64,000 bases of DNA, from positions 744,001 through 808,000 of the forward strand of contig NC_043009.1 in the NCBI RefSeq assembly GCF_006345805.1. The letters run 5' to 3'. Numbering within the stretch: position 1 is the stretch's first letter; every line of letters begins with the position of its first letter. The notes under the pieces are model-generated. The model did not search any database and had not been told where the DNA came from. It worked only from the letters and a program-made list of their open reading frames with translations. A program made the translations under genes and the position numbers. Source of the stretch: Octopus sinensis. Taxonomy: Eukaryota. Of the stretch, positions 11,379 to 24,020 are shown piece by piece.

Positions 11379-11699
11379 AATGGCAGAGTTTAAAAGTTCA
11401 AGAAACCGAGAATGTTAATTATGAAGAAACAAAATATTTGCGAAATAATTACAAGAAATTAATTCTTTTCCCTATCATCTTTTACTTGTTCCAGTCACTG
11501 GACTGGGGCCATGCTGGGGGCATTACCTTGAAGGAAGTAGTGGAACATATCGACCCTTGTACGTATTTCTTTAAAGTCTGGTACTTAATCTATCGGTCTT
11601 TTTTGCCGATCCGCTAGATTACGGGGGTGGGGGCATAAATAAATCAACGTCGGTTGTTAAGCGGTGGGGAAAAAATGCAAACACAAAAGACAGGCATAT

Positions 11700-11762
11700 A
11701 TACATTCATACACATATATATAAGTACATATATATACACATACATATACATGCATATATATT

Positions 11763-11818
<56 letters not shown>

Positions 11819-11843
11819 GTATATATATATATACATATAATAT

Positions 11844-11914
<71 letters not shown>

Positions 11915-11927
11915 TATATACATATAT

Positions 11928-11976
<49 letters not shown>

Positions 11977-11982
11977 TTATAC

Positions 11983-12013
<31 letters not shown>

Positions 12014-12109
12014 CATATATATACATACACACACACACACATATATATGTATGTATGTATGTATATATATATATATTTATGTATATATACATGTGTATAT
12101 ATATATATG

Positions 12110-12145
<36 letters not shown>

Positions 12146-12165
12146 TATATATATATATACATACA

Positions 12166-12200
<35 letters not shown>

Positions 12201-12205
12201 ATATA
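11700..12205. repeat. (AT)n/(AC)n/(GT)n compound microsatellite
   Basis: Directly visible. Confidence 0.95.
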
Positions 12206-12706
12206 TGCGACGAGCTTCCACGCAGTTTTCATCGACTAAATTCTATCAGAAGGTATTGGTCGACCGAAGACACACTTGTCCAAAGTGCCGCGCAAGACAA
12301 AACGTCCATCTATTGGCAGCACGAAGCCAGCAAGAAGCCACATTGTAAAAGAGAAACAGCCATGCAGGGTTTTTTTTTTTCTTTCTTTAAAGGGTGAATA
12401 TTGCTTCGTTTTACAGTTTAAACTAAATGTAACTGAAGAATAACTTAACATCGACTCTTATATGCTGTGTCGAGATTCCAAACGCATCAACGGGCCTTAC
12501 AAAAGTTACACTTGCTCTCATCCAGATGGCGAACAAAGCATGCTTGGATTACTGTGATACATTCGTCTTTGAAGATTGATTTTTCTATTATTTGACACCT
12601 AAAGACAAAAGGTAATCTCATAACAAAAATATTTCATTTTACGTATTTCTCATCATAGATAATGTGCGCTGCTTAGTGGTTAGGGGTAGTCGGGTGACGA
12701 TCGTAA

Positions 12707-13290
12707 TTTTTTCTACAAAAGACACAAGCCCTGAAATTTGGCGGAAGGGACGAGTTGATCACATCGACCCCAGTATACAGCTGGTACTTAATTTATCGAC
12801 CCCCCCAAAGGATGAAAGGCAAAGTCGAGCTCGGCGGAATTTAAACTCAGAACGTAACAGCAGACGAAATACCTATTTCTTTACTACCCACAAGGGACTA
12901 AATACAGAGGGGACAAACAAGGACAGACGAACGGATTAAGTCGATTATATCGACCCCAGTGCGTAACTGGTACTTATTTAATCGACCCTGAAAGGATGAA
13001 AAGCAAAGTCGACCTCGGCAGAATTTGAACTCAGAACGTAACGGCAGACGAAATACCTATTTCTTTATTACCCACAAGGGGCTAAACATAGAGGGGACAA
13101 ACAAGGACAGACATAGGTATTAAGTCGATTACATGGACCCCAGTGCGTAACTGGTACTTAATTCATCGACCCCGAAAGGATGAAAGGCAAAGTCGACCTC
13201 GGCGGAATTTGAACTCACAACGTAACGGCAGCCGAAATACCGCTAAGCATTTCGCCTGACGTGCTAACGATTCTGCCAGCTCGCCGCCTT
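12707..13290 (-). mobile_element. Tandem multimer of SINE family 1 (three cores)
   Basis: Head at 13235-13290, then core-tailA-core-tailA-core-tailB, as in 1181-2050. Confidence 0.85.
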
Positions 13291-13659
13291 TCAGTTTCCG
13301 TCTACCAAATCCACTCACAAGGCTTTGGTCGGCCCGAGGCTAAAGTAGAAGTCATCAGTTAAACCTATGACCAGTAAAGCCTATAAGTTAATGAAAGATA
13401 TGGACAGTACAGTTTCGAAAAAAAAAAAACTGAAGAGATATTAATAAGAGCGAAACTGTTCTGGCCATCGATATCCCTTCTGTTTCACGTTTCATATTTT
13501 AAGTGCAATGTTTATCTTTTAAATGTGGTACTTCGTCTATGGGCCTCTTGTTAGAACAAAAACAAACCGACATGTGGAGGAACATGCATAGGCAGAAGCA
13601 CACACATACACACACATATATAATATGCGTCTTATTTATATAAACAGATGGGCTACTTA

Positions 13660-13698
<39 letters not shown>

Positions 13699-14721
13699 AA
13701 CTTACAAAGTAGACACAGTAAATGATAAATTTAAATAGCTTTCAATAGATACAACAGTCTTCGAAACAGCTTTTGACTTCGTCTACAAAACCCAGTCACA
13801 AGGCTGTGGTCGACCCGGAGATGCTGTGCATTGGGACCGAACCCGAAACCATGTGACTGCAAAATCTGCATCATTCCCACACGGCCATTCCTGCACCTTT
13901 GAGAATTTTCTTTGTTATTCCGTTTCTTCAGTATGACGTCAAAAGTTCGAGAACATGGAACTTGAAGTGACAATTAGTAAAATTTTAAGTCTTCTCCGCT
14001 TACAATAAATAAAACTCTACAATTTCCTCTTGGTATTTTTCTCTTTCACACACATGTATACACACATACGCGCGCGCGCAGATATATATATATATAGTGA
14101 AAGAATTATGGATGTATAATTAATTTGTACGATATTATGAGGTTGAAAGTTTTTCTTTCATTATTAACAATAAGTATTACAATAATAATCCTTAACATAT
14201 CGCCGAGACTTTTTCCTTATATGATAGTTATCAACCAGTGAAATTTTTGGATTATTCAATCCATAATGAGGACTTGACATCCTTGAATTGACTACATATA
14301 TTTTGTGGTTTAGTAATTGACATGACTTCCATTACTATCACACAGATAGAAAGAGACAAACATGAAACTCATAGAACCAACTTCTCTGCTCTTTTTTTAA
14401 GTTCCTCTTATTTTTTCTCTGTACTGATGAGTACTTTGATATTTGCAAATTCTAAAATAAATTTCTATCTATGTACGGATATATGTATCTATGTATGATT
14501 GTATGCATGAATTAACTTTTTACAAGTTTTTAACATCTTTTCTCCTTCAGGTTTTGACAAATATGGTTGAATTTGTAGAGCTTCATTCCATAAATTAATC
14601 ATACACTTAATATATATATATATATGAGTATAGCTATAGCTATGTATATACATGTATACAGACACAGATGCAAAGCACATACCTACACACAAACACACAC
14701 TTATTATGCACCTAAGTATGT

Positions 14722-15035
14722 GTGAAGGCGCATGACTCAGTGGTTAGAGAGTCAGGCTCACAACCCTGAGGTAGCGAGTTCGATTTCCGGACTAGGCTGT
14801 GTGTTGTTTTCTTGGGCAAGACACCTTATTTCACGTTGCTCCAGTCACCTCAGCTCTAGAAATTAGTTACGATGTCACTGTATCGACCTTTGCCTTTCCC
14901 TTGGACAACATCGATAGCGAGAAGAGGGGAGGGCGACTACTGGTCATCCATAAAACAACCTTGCCCGGACGTTTGCTTTGTATTGAGGAACATTCTAAAG
15001 TGCAATCTGATGATCATTCACAACCGAGGGGTGTC
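14722..15035 (+). mobile_element. tRNA-derived SINE family 3
   Basis: GGCGCATGACTCAGTGGTTAG ... GAGTTCGATTTCCGG ... TCTTGGGCAAGACACCTTATTTCACGTTGCTCCAGTC. Confidence 0.7.
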
Positions 15036-15052
15036 TTTACCTTATGCATATA

Positions 15053-15352
15053 TACCGTATTTCAGGCATATACGGAGCGCCCTATTTTTAGCAGACCTAA
15101 TCTGCGAAAAACAAAAACTGGGATAAACCCTGAATACCCTAAGTAAATGTCTCACACATTTTTATGTATAGGAACCAGGAAAATTTAGCCCGACTCACTT
15201 TGGTAACCTATTACGGTAGGCTAAGTTACAATATTTACTTTAGCACAACCAAATCTACCCAAAGCCTGGCCTTCAGCAAATAAGGTGCAGGGAGACTTTT
15301 GGCGGAAAATTTTCAGAAAAAAAATGCGCCTTATATGCCAGAAAATACAAAT
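15053..15352. mobile_element. Tigger/pogo-like MITE
   Basis: TIR-like ends TACCGTATTTCAGGCATATACGGAGCGC and GCGCCTTATATGCCAGAAAATAC. Confidence 0.55.
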
Positions 15353-15364
15353 ATATATGTGTGT

Positions 15365-15451
<87 letters not shown>

Positions 15452-15535
15452 TAAAGTGGGGGGACAAATGTCATATTTAGAACGTTCGAGTGTGTTCGGA
15501 TATTAAAAGACTTTCGCTGTAAAATTAATCCTGGG

Positions 15536-15598
<63 letters not shown>

Positions 15599-15775
15599 GT
15601 GGACCAAAAGTCACGCACCGAGATTCAACCTCTATATTGCTCCAGAATTGGCAGAGGTGCTTCCATTTTTCTACAATTGGATAAAATCAATAGAATGATA
15701 ATGAATACACACGTACATGTACACGATGAACAATCAATAATAATAATAATAATAATAATAATAATTAATAATAAA

Positions 15776-16766
15776 AGGTGAAAATAATGGCAACGAAAAA
15801 AGCGCACGAGCAATTGGCTGATAGGTGGGAGGAGAAACCTCTGCACGGCAAATATGTGACCCGCAGCAAACAAGCTGATGTTGACCAGAAGCAGACCCAT
15901 CAGTGGCTACGGAGCTCAGGGCTAAAAGCAGAGAGCGAAGGTTTCATCCTGGCTTCTCAAGATCAAAGCCTATTAACCCGGAACTACCAGGCCAATGTGA
16001 TGAAAAATGGAGCAGACCCAAAATGCCGATTCTGCAACGACATGATTGAAACAGTGGACCACCTAATCTCTGGATGTAAAGTCTTAGCTCCAGTGGAGTA
16101 TAAATTAAGACATGACAGAGTTGGCCAATATCTACACTGGCTAATAAGTCGGCATTACAATATCAAAACTGCGGACAAGTGGTATAATCACCACCCTGAG
16201 GCTGTAACTGAAGGAGAAAATGTAACGATTCTGTGGGAGTTTCCAGTACATACAGACCGAACCATCAAGGCCAATAAACCAGATATTGTTGTGAAAGACC
16301 AAAACAATAAAGTTTGCTTATTGATCGACATGAGCATCCCCTGTGATCATAATATCTCAGTGAAAGAGTTTGACAAGCTCAGAAAATATAAAGACCTACT
16401 CATTGAAATTGAGAAAATGTGGCATCTCAAGGCGGTTACAATACCAGTGATCGTAGGAGCACTAGGAATGATCAAGAAGGGAACCGAAAATTATATGAGA
16501 ATGATCCCTGGATTACCATCCCTGCAAGAAGTGCAAAAGATTGTCTTAACTGGTACATCACACGTATTGAGAAGAGCATTGTCGATGTGAGAACTGTTGC
16601 TGCTCATGTATTTTAATTTAACTTTAAAAAAAAAATTTTTTTAAATGAACGAACTATTGAGTTTGGTTTAATGGCCTACCAATGTATACTATGAGTTTCT
16701 TTGCCCTAGGAGTCGGGAAGACACTCGGCAAGAAATGGAAGCAAATTTGAAAGAAGAAAAAAAAAG
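15776..16766 (+). mobile_element. 5'-truncated R4/Dong-like non-LTR retrotransposon inserted in (TAA)n
   Basis: RLE-type ORF end plus about 175-bp 3' UTR; (TAA)n at 15736-15773 and 16767-16786. Confidence 0.85.
15778..16590 (+). CDS. C-terminal part of R4/Dong-like ORF: CCHC zinc knuckle and restriction-like endonuclease
   Basis: CRFCNDMIETVDHLISGC (CCHC), RHD motif, KPDIVV...LIDMSIP...K..KY (PD-(D/E)xK-type RLE). Frame is uninterrupted but has no true start or RT. Confidence 0.85.
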   Translation: MKIMATKKAHEQLADRWEEKPLHGKYVTRSKQADVDQKQTHQWLRSSGLKAESEGFILASQDQSLLTRNYQANVMKNGADPKCRFCNDMIETVDHLISGCKVLAPVEYKLRHDRVGQYLHWLISRHYNIKTADKWYNHHPEAVTEGENVTILWEFPVHTDRTIKANKPDIVVKDQNNKVCLLIDMSIPCDHNISVKEFDKLRKYKDLLIEIEKMWHLKAVTIPVIVGALGMIKKGTENYMRMIPGLPSLQEVQKIVLTGTSHVLRRALSM

Positions 16767-17272
16767 TAATAATAATAATAATAATAGCGCATCGTAAATA
16801 ATAACGTAATATATATAAATCGTCAAATGCTTTGATGAGCGAATTTTGGCCCACCGTGTATATATATATGTATCTGCGTGTGTATGTGTGCATATGTATG
16901 CATATATGTGTTTGCATGTGTGTGTGTGTATGTGTGTGCGTGCATATGCATTCGTTCGGAGGGGAGATGTATGCGCGTATATATGCGTGCATATATATAT
17001 ATATGTATGTATGTATGCATGTATGCATGTATGCATGTATGTATGTAGTATGTATGTATGCATGTATGTATGCATGCATGTATGTATGTATGTATGTATG
17101 TATGTATGTATGTATGTATGTATGTATGTATGTATGTATGTATGTATGTGTGTATGTATTTACATGGTGAGATGAATGAGGGAAGGCTCGCACTTTACTG
17201 ATACTTGAATCAATAATTGATTTCTTTTTCTTTCTTTTATATATATTTTTCTTTTTTCCCTTTTTTATGTAG

Positions 17273-17327
17273 TAATCGACATAACCTTGAGCAAGGCAAC
17301 TTACACAACTCGCATCAGTGGAGCTAG
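17273..17327 (+). other. Candidate spliced exon (55 nt), host or lncRNA
   Basis: Long pyrimidine tract 17221-17270 ending TATGTAG; donor AG|GTGAGA; one frame open (IDITLSKATYTTRISGA). No homology recognised. Confidence 0.3.
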
Positions 17328-17497
17328 GTGAGAATTAAGCAGTGCAGCTAAGTCGTATTCCGTAACTGAACGTATGATATTAAGAGAAGCTGCTTGCAAG
17401 ACATATCCACCAATAACACGAATTCGCACAATCCATTTTGTGCCCGGAAAACAGTTCTACAAGGAAGCCATTTATTTCGATAAATCAGTATGTATGC

Positions 17498-17532
<35 letters not shown>

Positions 17533-17595
17533 TGTATGTATGTATGTATGTATGTATGTATGTGTGTATGTATGTATTGTATGTATTATGTATGT

Positions 17596-17639
<44 letters not shown>

Positions 17640-17671
17640 CTAGACAGATAGATAGATAGATAGATAGATAT

Positions 17672-17743
<72 letters not shown>

Positions 17744-17904
17744 TATATATATATATATATACTATATATACACATACACATATACGTTATACATAAACAT
17801 AATATATATTTATGTATATGTGATGTATATATATATGTGTATATATATATATATATATATTGTAATATATATATATATATATATACTATATAATATATAT
17901 ATAT

Positions 17905-17939
<35 letters not shown>

Positions 17940-18013
17940 TATATACCGGAGTAAACACATAAATATGAAACAAGGTGGAAAAAAGAGTACTCAAATACCG
18001 GTGGTAGAGTAAT

Positions 18014-18158
18014 ATACTTTATTCAAAAGCAGCAGAAAATTCAACAAAACCTGTTACTCTGAGTTTCACGTTCCCGTTCGTCGGATTGTCCGTGAACGGG
18101 AACGTGAAACTCAGAGTAACAAGACTTGTTGAATTTTCTGCTCTTTTGAATAAAGTAT
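18014..18158. repeat. Fold-back inverted repeat, about 65-bp arms, with hammerhead-like halves
   Basis: 18014-18079 mirrors 18094-18158; minus arm reads CCGACGA-ACG-GGAA-CGT-GAAA-CTCAGAG-T-A-ACAG. Confidence 0.85.
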
Positions 18159-18193
18159 TATTATATATATAATATATATATATATATAATATA

Positions 18194-18234
<41 letters not shown>

Positions 18235-18238
<4 letters not shown>

Positions 18239-18405
18239 GAGTGAATCCACACAAAAATAAAAGACGAAGACAGGTGTGTGTAGACAACAAATAGATGTAT
18301 TAGTATAACGATCGGGAAATGAAAAAGTATTTAACGTTTCGAGCCTAAGCTCTTCCACAGAAAAGGAACACAGAAAGAAACAAGGAGAGAAAATAAAGAA
18401 TGTGT
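18235..18405 (-). mobile_element. Short non-coding PLE-terminus-like element with hammerhead motif at 18329-18364
   Basis: Minus strand TTTT-CTGTGGA-A-GAGC-TTAG-GCTC-GAAA-CG-T-T-AAA; same family as 9685-9850. Confidence 0.6.
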
Positions 18406-18513
18406 AGTGGCTAGCGATCTATCATGGCGTATAGGTAGATATATATATGTCGATATATACAAACATATGTATACATATAAATATATATACATAAATATGA
18501 TATATATAATATA

Positions 18514-18559
<46 letters not shown>

Positions 18560-18560
<1 letters not shown>

Positions 18561-21253
18561 TAGCAGAGATACCCGGCGTTGCCCGGTTACATTCAATTGA
18601 AGAATTAGACTTTTCCGTTATAAATATATGGATGCACGCACACACATATATGTATATTAATATAAATACATGAAAGTACATGAAGTTTGTTAAAAAAAGG
18701 GGGTATCATGTATATACCTCCTGGGTGTTGAGATTATAACACATCGTTGTAAACAATGTTCCTTGTTTTTCCTTGTGTAGCATATACAAAAAGGTTTCTT
18801 TTGGTTCCTACTCTTGAGCAGCCAACATACAGTTGCCCATGCGAGAAGCAGGGCTCTTCCAAGAGAAGACCAGCTACAGAGAGGGTTTCACCCTGAGATT
18901 TGTTAATGGACATGGCAAAGCTGATACGAAGGGGGAATTGCAGTTTTCTGAATGTAAATGGAATTTCTGCTCCTGATGGAGTAAGAGGAAATCTTGGAAT
19001 AAAGACGTCATCACCTTTTCCACATCCAGAAAGAATGATCGCCTCGATAACGTGTGACATCCTTTTCTTTATCACTAGTCGTGTTCCATTGCAAAGTCTT
19101 GGTGGTTCCAGATTGCGGAGTAGCATTACAGGAGTTCCAACTTTAAGTGTTAATATGTGTGGAGGTAGTCCAGGATGCTCCAGTGAATTGAGAAATTCAG
19201 GAGGATAGTTCCCGACTTCATTTATATCTGGAATTGTATCAACAGACTTGTAAGTGTGTATAGTGCCGGGAAGAGAATGCATTAGCTGTTGATTAATTTT
19301 GTTAACAGCGTCGGTTTTTGGAGCTAATATAGCTCTTTCACACAGCCAATTGTGATTTTGGTAGTTTTGTCTGAAGTTGGGGAAGACTTTGTTTTTGAGG
19401 TCATCTACAGAATTAACAACAGAGGAAAATGACCACACTTCCATTTGTCCTGCAGCATCGAGAGGCATCTTGCCTTCACCAAGTGTCAAAATGTCCTGTG
19501 CAAACTTTGTGGACATTTTGTCGCCGTGTAGCTGAGCTCTCATGTTAGTGGTGAGACTAAAGATTGTAACATGATTCCACAGGGTAGAAGACTTTAGGCA
19601 TGCTTGAACTTCATCAGCTCCAGTGCCTTTCGGAATGACAGGAAGAGTTTGCCTGAAATCACCTGACAACAGAAGCGTTACACCTCCATTGGAGCCTGAC
19701 AGTCTCGGATGTCTTTCAGGGCCCTATCTAATGCTTCCAAAGCTCCCTTGTGAGCCATAGTGCACTCATCCCAGACAATTAGATGACACATTTTAAGTAC
19801 TTGTCCCTGATCTGAGCTTTTGTTGATGTTGCATGAAGGCATTTCGGATGCTGCTAAATTGAGAGGGAGTTTAAAAGTTGAGTGTGCTGTCCTGCCACCG
19901 GGTAACAAAGTAGCTGCAATGCCAGAGGAGGCTACAGCTACTGCAATGTCCTGATGCTACCTAACTTCTGCAAGGAGAAGCTTTGTAATAAATGTTTTTC
20001 CTGTCCCTCCAGGAGCATCGAGGAAGAAGATTCGTCCCTCGCGTTGGCGTACACTGTTAAGAATAGTTCTGTAGGCCTGCAGCTGGTCCGGAAGTAATTT
20101 AGGCTCATTTTCAACAATGTACTTTGAAAGCTCTTGAGTGTCGTAGGTTGTTTCACGAATGACAGCAGTAGGAAGGCTATTTGACCCTGACCTGAATGCT
20201 TGTGGCAGGCCATACGTCGACAATTCATTTCCACCCAGTTTAGCAATTCTGTCTTCAATGTCAATGAGTGTTTTGTTATAGATTTCATTGCTGATACCCT
20301 CCATGTCAGGATAGAGCAGTTGAGCTTAGCGCTGAAAGTCTTCAGCCAGGTTGTCTCTATATTTGAGCCATAGAGTGGCCGGATCACACAGTTCGCATGC
20401 CTGTAGTAATACTGAAAATAGTGCCCTGAGACTTTTAGGTGATTGCGATAAAGCAGCCTCTCCTAAAATTGCATCCCATTGTGCACCATCTTCTAAAAGA
20501 CCTTGTCGATAGCAGGCTTCTCTGTATGTTGTGCAGACATGTCCATGAACGGTTTTTAGGGCCTGGAAAGACGTTGGCCCTCTGACCTCATGTAGTAGTA
20601 GACGAAGGTAGAAGCACTCTTGTTGAGTGGGATGCACTGTGTATACTCGCCCAAGGCAAGTGTGAAACTTAATGCCAGGGTATCCATGAACATTTTGACT
20701 TGCTTTCGGTGGGAACCATTTTTTTCCATTCCAAGTGTAGTACGATGGATAACCACTTATTCAAGTTCAAGTCATTGATGCAGTTTTATACGACTTGCTA
20801 ATACAAACACACACACATAATAAGGGTGAAAAATTGAATATTAATTTGATTAATATGAATTGAAAACCAGTGGTGTAGCATATAAGACCATAGCGGATCT
20901 TCTTCTAGCAAAAAGGATGACCACTATTAATGGTTCATCCCTGTTATATAATACTTTCATTTTAATAGTTTCAGTATTAAAATGAAAGTGTCTGCATTAC
21001 AATAGAGAAACGTTTTTGTTTCACTTTTAATACGTAATACTAAAATAGTAGAGAAGATATGATATTGCTGTGGGGTCACCCTAGGGAAAAAGTTAACATT
21101 TTTTTGACGAGGACACTCCCCAGACCTTAAGTAAGGCATGTGTAAAATTTGAATGAAATTGGTTGTGTAGTTCTCAAGTTTTAGGGAAACACACAGACAG
21201 ATAGACAGACAGACACACACACACACACACATTCTCAGTTTTATATATATAGA
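18560..21253 (-). mobile_element. Internally deleted Helitron with both termini
   Basis: 5' TCTATATATATAAAACTGAG at 21253; 3' hairpin ACCGGGCAACGCCGGGT then CTAG at 18560-18563; A|T insertion site inside (AT)n. Confidence 0.9.
18734..20756 (-). pseudogene. Helitron RepHel C-terminal half (PIF1-like SF1B helicase), frameshifted; Rep catalytic domain absent
   Basis: LDAPGGTGKTF (Walker A), IVWDEC, GDFRQTLPV, LRNLEPPRLCNGTRL, QFPLRISFAMSINKSQG, FSHGQLYVGCSRV spread over 4-5 frames. Confidence 0.92.
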
Positions 21254-21578
21254 TATATATGTATATATATGCATGTGTATATATGTGATTTTGTATATAT
21301 ATTATCTACATATACGCACACATATATACACACATACACACATGCATAAATACATGCATACATGCTTATATGTGACTTCTTGTCAGCTAGTCCATGTATG
21401 TAGGTATGTATGTGTGAATGAATGTAAGTATGAACGTATACATATATATATTTATACATGTATGTATGCTTGTATGCATGTGTATATGTATGTACAGATT
21501 CAATTAGATAAACACATCCACAAGCACATTTATACTCACATATGTATATATGTGTTCGTTTGTAAGTGTGTGTGCGTT

Positions 21579-21694
<116 letters not shown>

Positions 21695-21829
21695 TTGGTC
21701 AATTGCGAGCTATGAGCAAAAAATATTTAATCCGTAATATGATAAAAATCATTAGAATTAAAGATACTTTTTGTGAAGAAAGCAAGAGGGATAACTCTGA
21801 AATCTTAATTGATTGGGCTCCAAAGTATC

Positions 21830-21960
21830 GGTGCTGTAACAACTTTGCTTGCTTTGGGGTTCAATCCCACTGCAGGCAAGTGTCTTCTACCATAACCTTG
21901 GGCTGACCAAACCCGTGTGAGTGTATTTGGTTGACAGAAACAGAAAGACGGGTGTGGTGG
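21830..21960 (+). mobile_element. SINE family 2 head, diverged
   Basis: GGGGTTCAATCCCACTGCAGGCAAGTGTCTTCTACCATAACCTTGGGCTGACCAAACCCGTGTGAGTGTATTTGG. Confidence 0.55.
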
Positions 21961-22109
21961 GGTGTTTGTATGTGTGTGTTACAGTTTATCTCCCACCCTC
22001 CCTTCTCAACAGGTATTGAGTTGTTAATGTCACTGTAACTTAACTGTTTAGCAACAGAGGACGATAAAGTTATCGGAGGATGTGAAGATTATTTACGGTT
22101 CAGTTCAGT

Positions 22110-22220
22110 CGATTATGACTGAAGATTTGAGCAGGAGACGCGTGCCTGCCGGGTTTCAGTTGCCCAAGATCTCCTTGATTGTGTCAAGAACAAGGAAAAC
22201 TATTTGAAAAGTTTACGCAG
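22110..22220 (+). pseudogene. Possible mariner transposase fragment
   Basis: RVSVAQDLLDCVKNKENYLKSL resembles the segment upstream of the mariner TGDE motif. Confidence 0.35.
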
Positions 22221-22379
22221 GCCTCTGAGTAGATACCGCCAAGCTTTTAGCAAATTTAATGCAGACTCTCTTCTCAAATTTCTCTGTCATGGTCAATGCG
22301 ACGATTTATATATATATATATATATATATTATAATATATATATATATATAATATAATATATAATATATATATATATATA

Positions 22380-22445
<66 letters not shown>

Positions 22446-22463
22446 CTATATATATATATATAT

Positions 22464-22494
<31 letters not shown>

Positions 22495-22507
22495 CATATA
22501 TAGATAT

Positions 22508-22572
<65 letters not shown>

Positions 22573-22719
22573 ATAATTAAAAAGTCAATAAAATGTTTAT
22601 ACACATACATATTGATGATCTTCCTATCGATATATTTGGTTAAACCCAGTTGGCATCAGGATTGTTTTCAACAATCCCTTACCTGGATATTGCTTTCTCA
22701 AATTCTGAATGAGTATATT

Positions 22720-22768
<49 letters not shown>

Positions 22769-23672
22769 AATTATGTATGTGCAACCTTTTATGGCTATTA
22801 GTCAATGTAATGTCACACACCCCGCTTCTGTTCCCACTCAGTGGCAATCCACGCAATGTTCAAGATTTTCTCTCTTTTCTATCCATTACGAGTGGAAGTA
22901 AGAAAGAAACCTCGGACAATTTAAGTAAGCAAATGTTTAGGGACAAAAGCAAATTCAAGAAAGCCCACAATCAAGCGTGTGTGTCTGTGTAGGGGGGGGG
23001 GTGAGAGAGAGAGAGAAAGAGATGTCGCACATAAACAACATTTTAATCCCAATCTTGTAACCAAAGTCGTATTTTCAAATTGTATTCGCAACTTTAGTGA
23101 CATATGAAAATTATCCAACGACTAATGAAGCAACTGCTTTACATTATAAAGACTAACTTAAAAGCCGCACTCCGTACAGACTTGTCGCCTACCTCCTGGA
23201 CAAATCTAATTAGGCCTGCAGCCCAGAACTAAAGGGAGCTAAATAGCATGACGATTCTATGTCAATAATGACTATATTCCCCGCTGGTGTTTAATCAGAC
23301 GTAAATGATAGATGGGAATTAATTCTCTAATGCCATCATTTTATTGTTCCAGTCCCAAGTTGAATTCCAGCTGTTGGTCAATTTATCCCAAAGTTCTTAA
23401 CTCGACATAAAATTAACGAAACGAATGTCATTTACCTCCCCTTCCTCTCTGACGTCATCTAAAAAACGCCAAGCAAAATGGCGTGAATCAGCCAAGTTCT
23501 TGAGAAGATAGAAACCCAAATGCTTTTGAATCAGATCCCAATGATTGATGTCCAAGAAACAAATAAAGGGCAGATATTCAATCTCGGGATCATTTTCATT
23601 CTAAAAAGGTGTAATACATCTATGCAGAGGACATGAAGACTAAGCTGTAGCGCTCTCAGACAGAATTTCGCC

Positions 23673-24020
23673 ATTATTACCTCCGCCTTCGGTATTGTAT
23701 TCAGTCGTGCTTGTTTGTTTGTTTATTGGTCTGTCCATGAAGAAGATATCTCAAGAACTGCTGAATGGATTCGAATGAAAATTTCAGAGATGTTTGGCCT
23801 CGTGAATGGCACGAACTGATTGGTTTTTGGGATCGATCCCTTATCAGACAAGGATTCTGGGTTATTTTTTCCTGTTTTTTCACTTAATTTTAGAAGCGGC
23901 CGGATTCATTTTCAGTATTCTCGTTTATGAGAGCAGTCGAGTTGATTTCAGATATTCTCATTTTAAAAATCATCTCTGGCTAATTGTTGACGAGGTCTGC
24001 GCCTCTGAGAGCTCTTATTA
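23673..24020 (+). mobile_element. Helentron/DINE-like non-autonomous element
   Basis: Begins ATTATTACCTCCGCC, then (GTTT)n and AAGATATCTCAAGAAC; same family as 47893-48092. Confidence 0.55.

Noticed and set aside
11124-11393. ORF of 14-aa repeats (NLGFVGKKERNIEV)
   Set aside because: Consequence of a 42-bp unit; that frame has a stop just upstream and starts at GTG.
11654-12397. 247-aa IY-rich ORF and the many similar YI/CV/HT/YL ORFs throughout the track
   Set aside because: Read-through of (AT)n, (GT)n, (CATA)n and (GATA)n repeats.
18900-19208. Plus-strand ORFs overlapping the Helitron, PLE and Tx1 coding regions (also 42523-42762, 50971-51392, 52624-52980)
   Set aside because: Antisense shadows of transposon coding strands.
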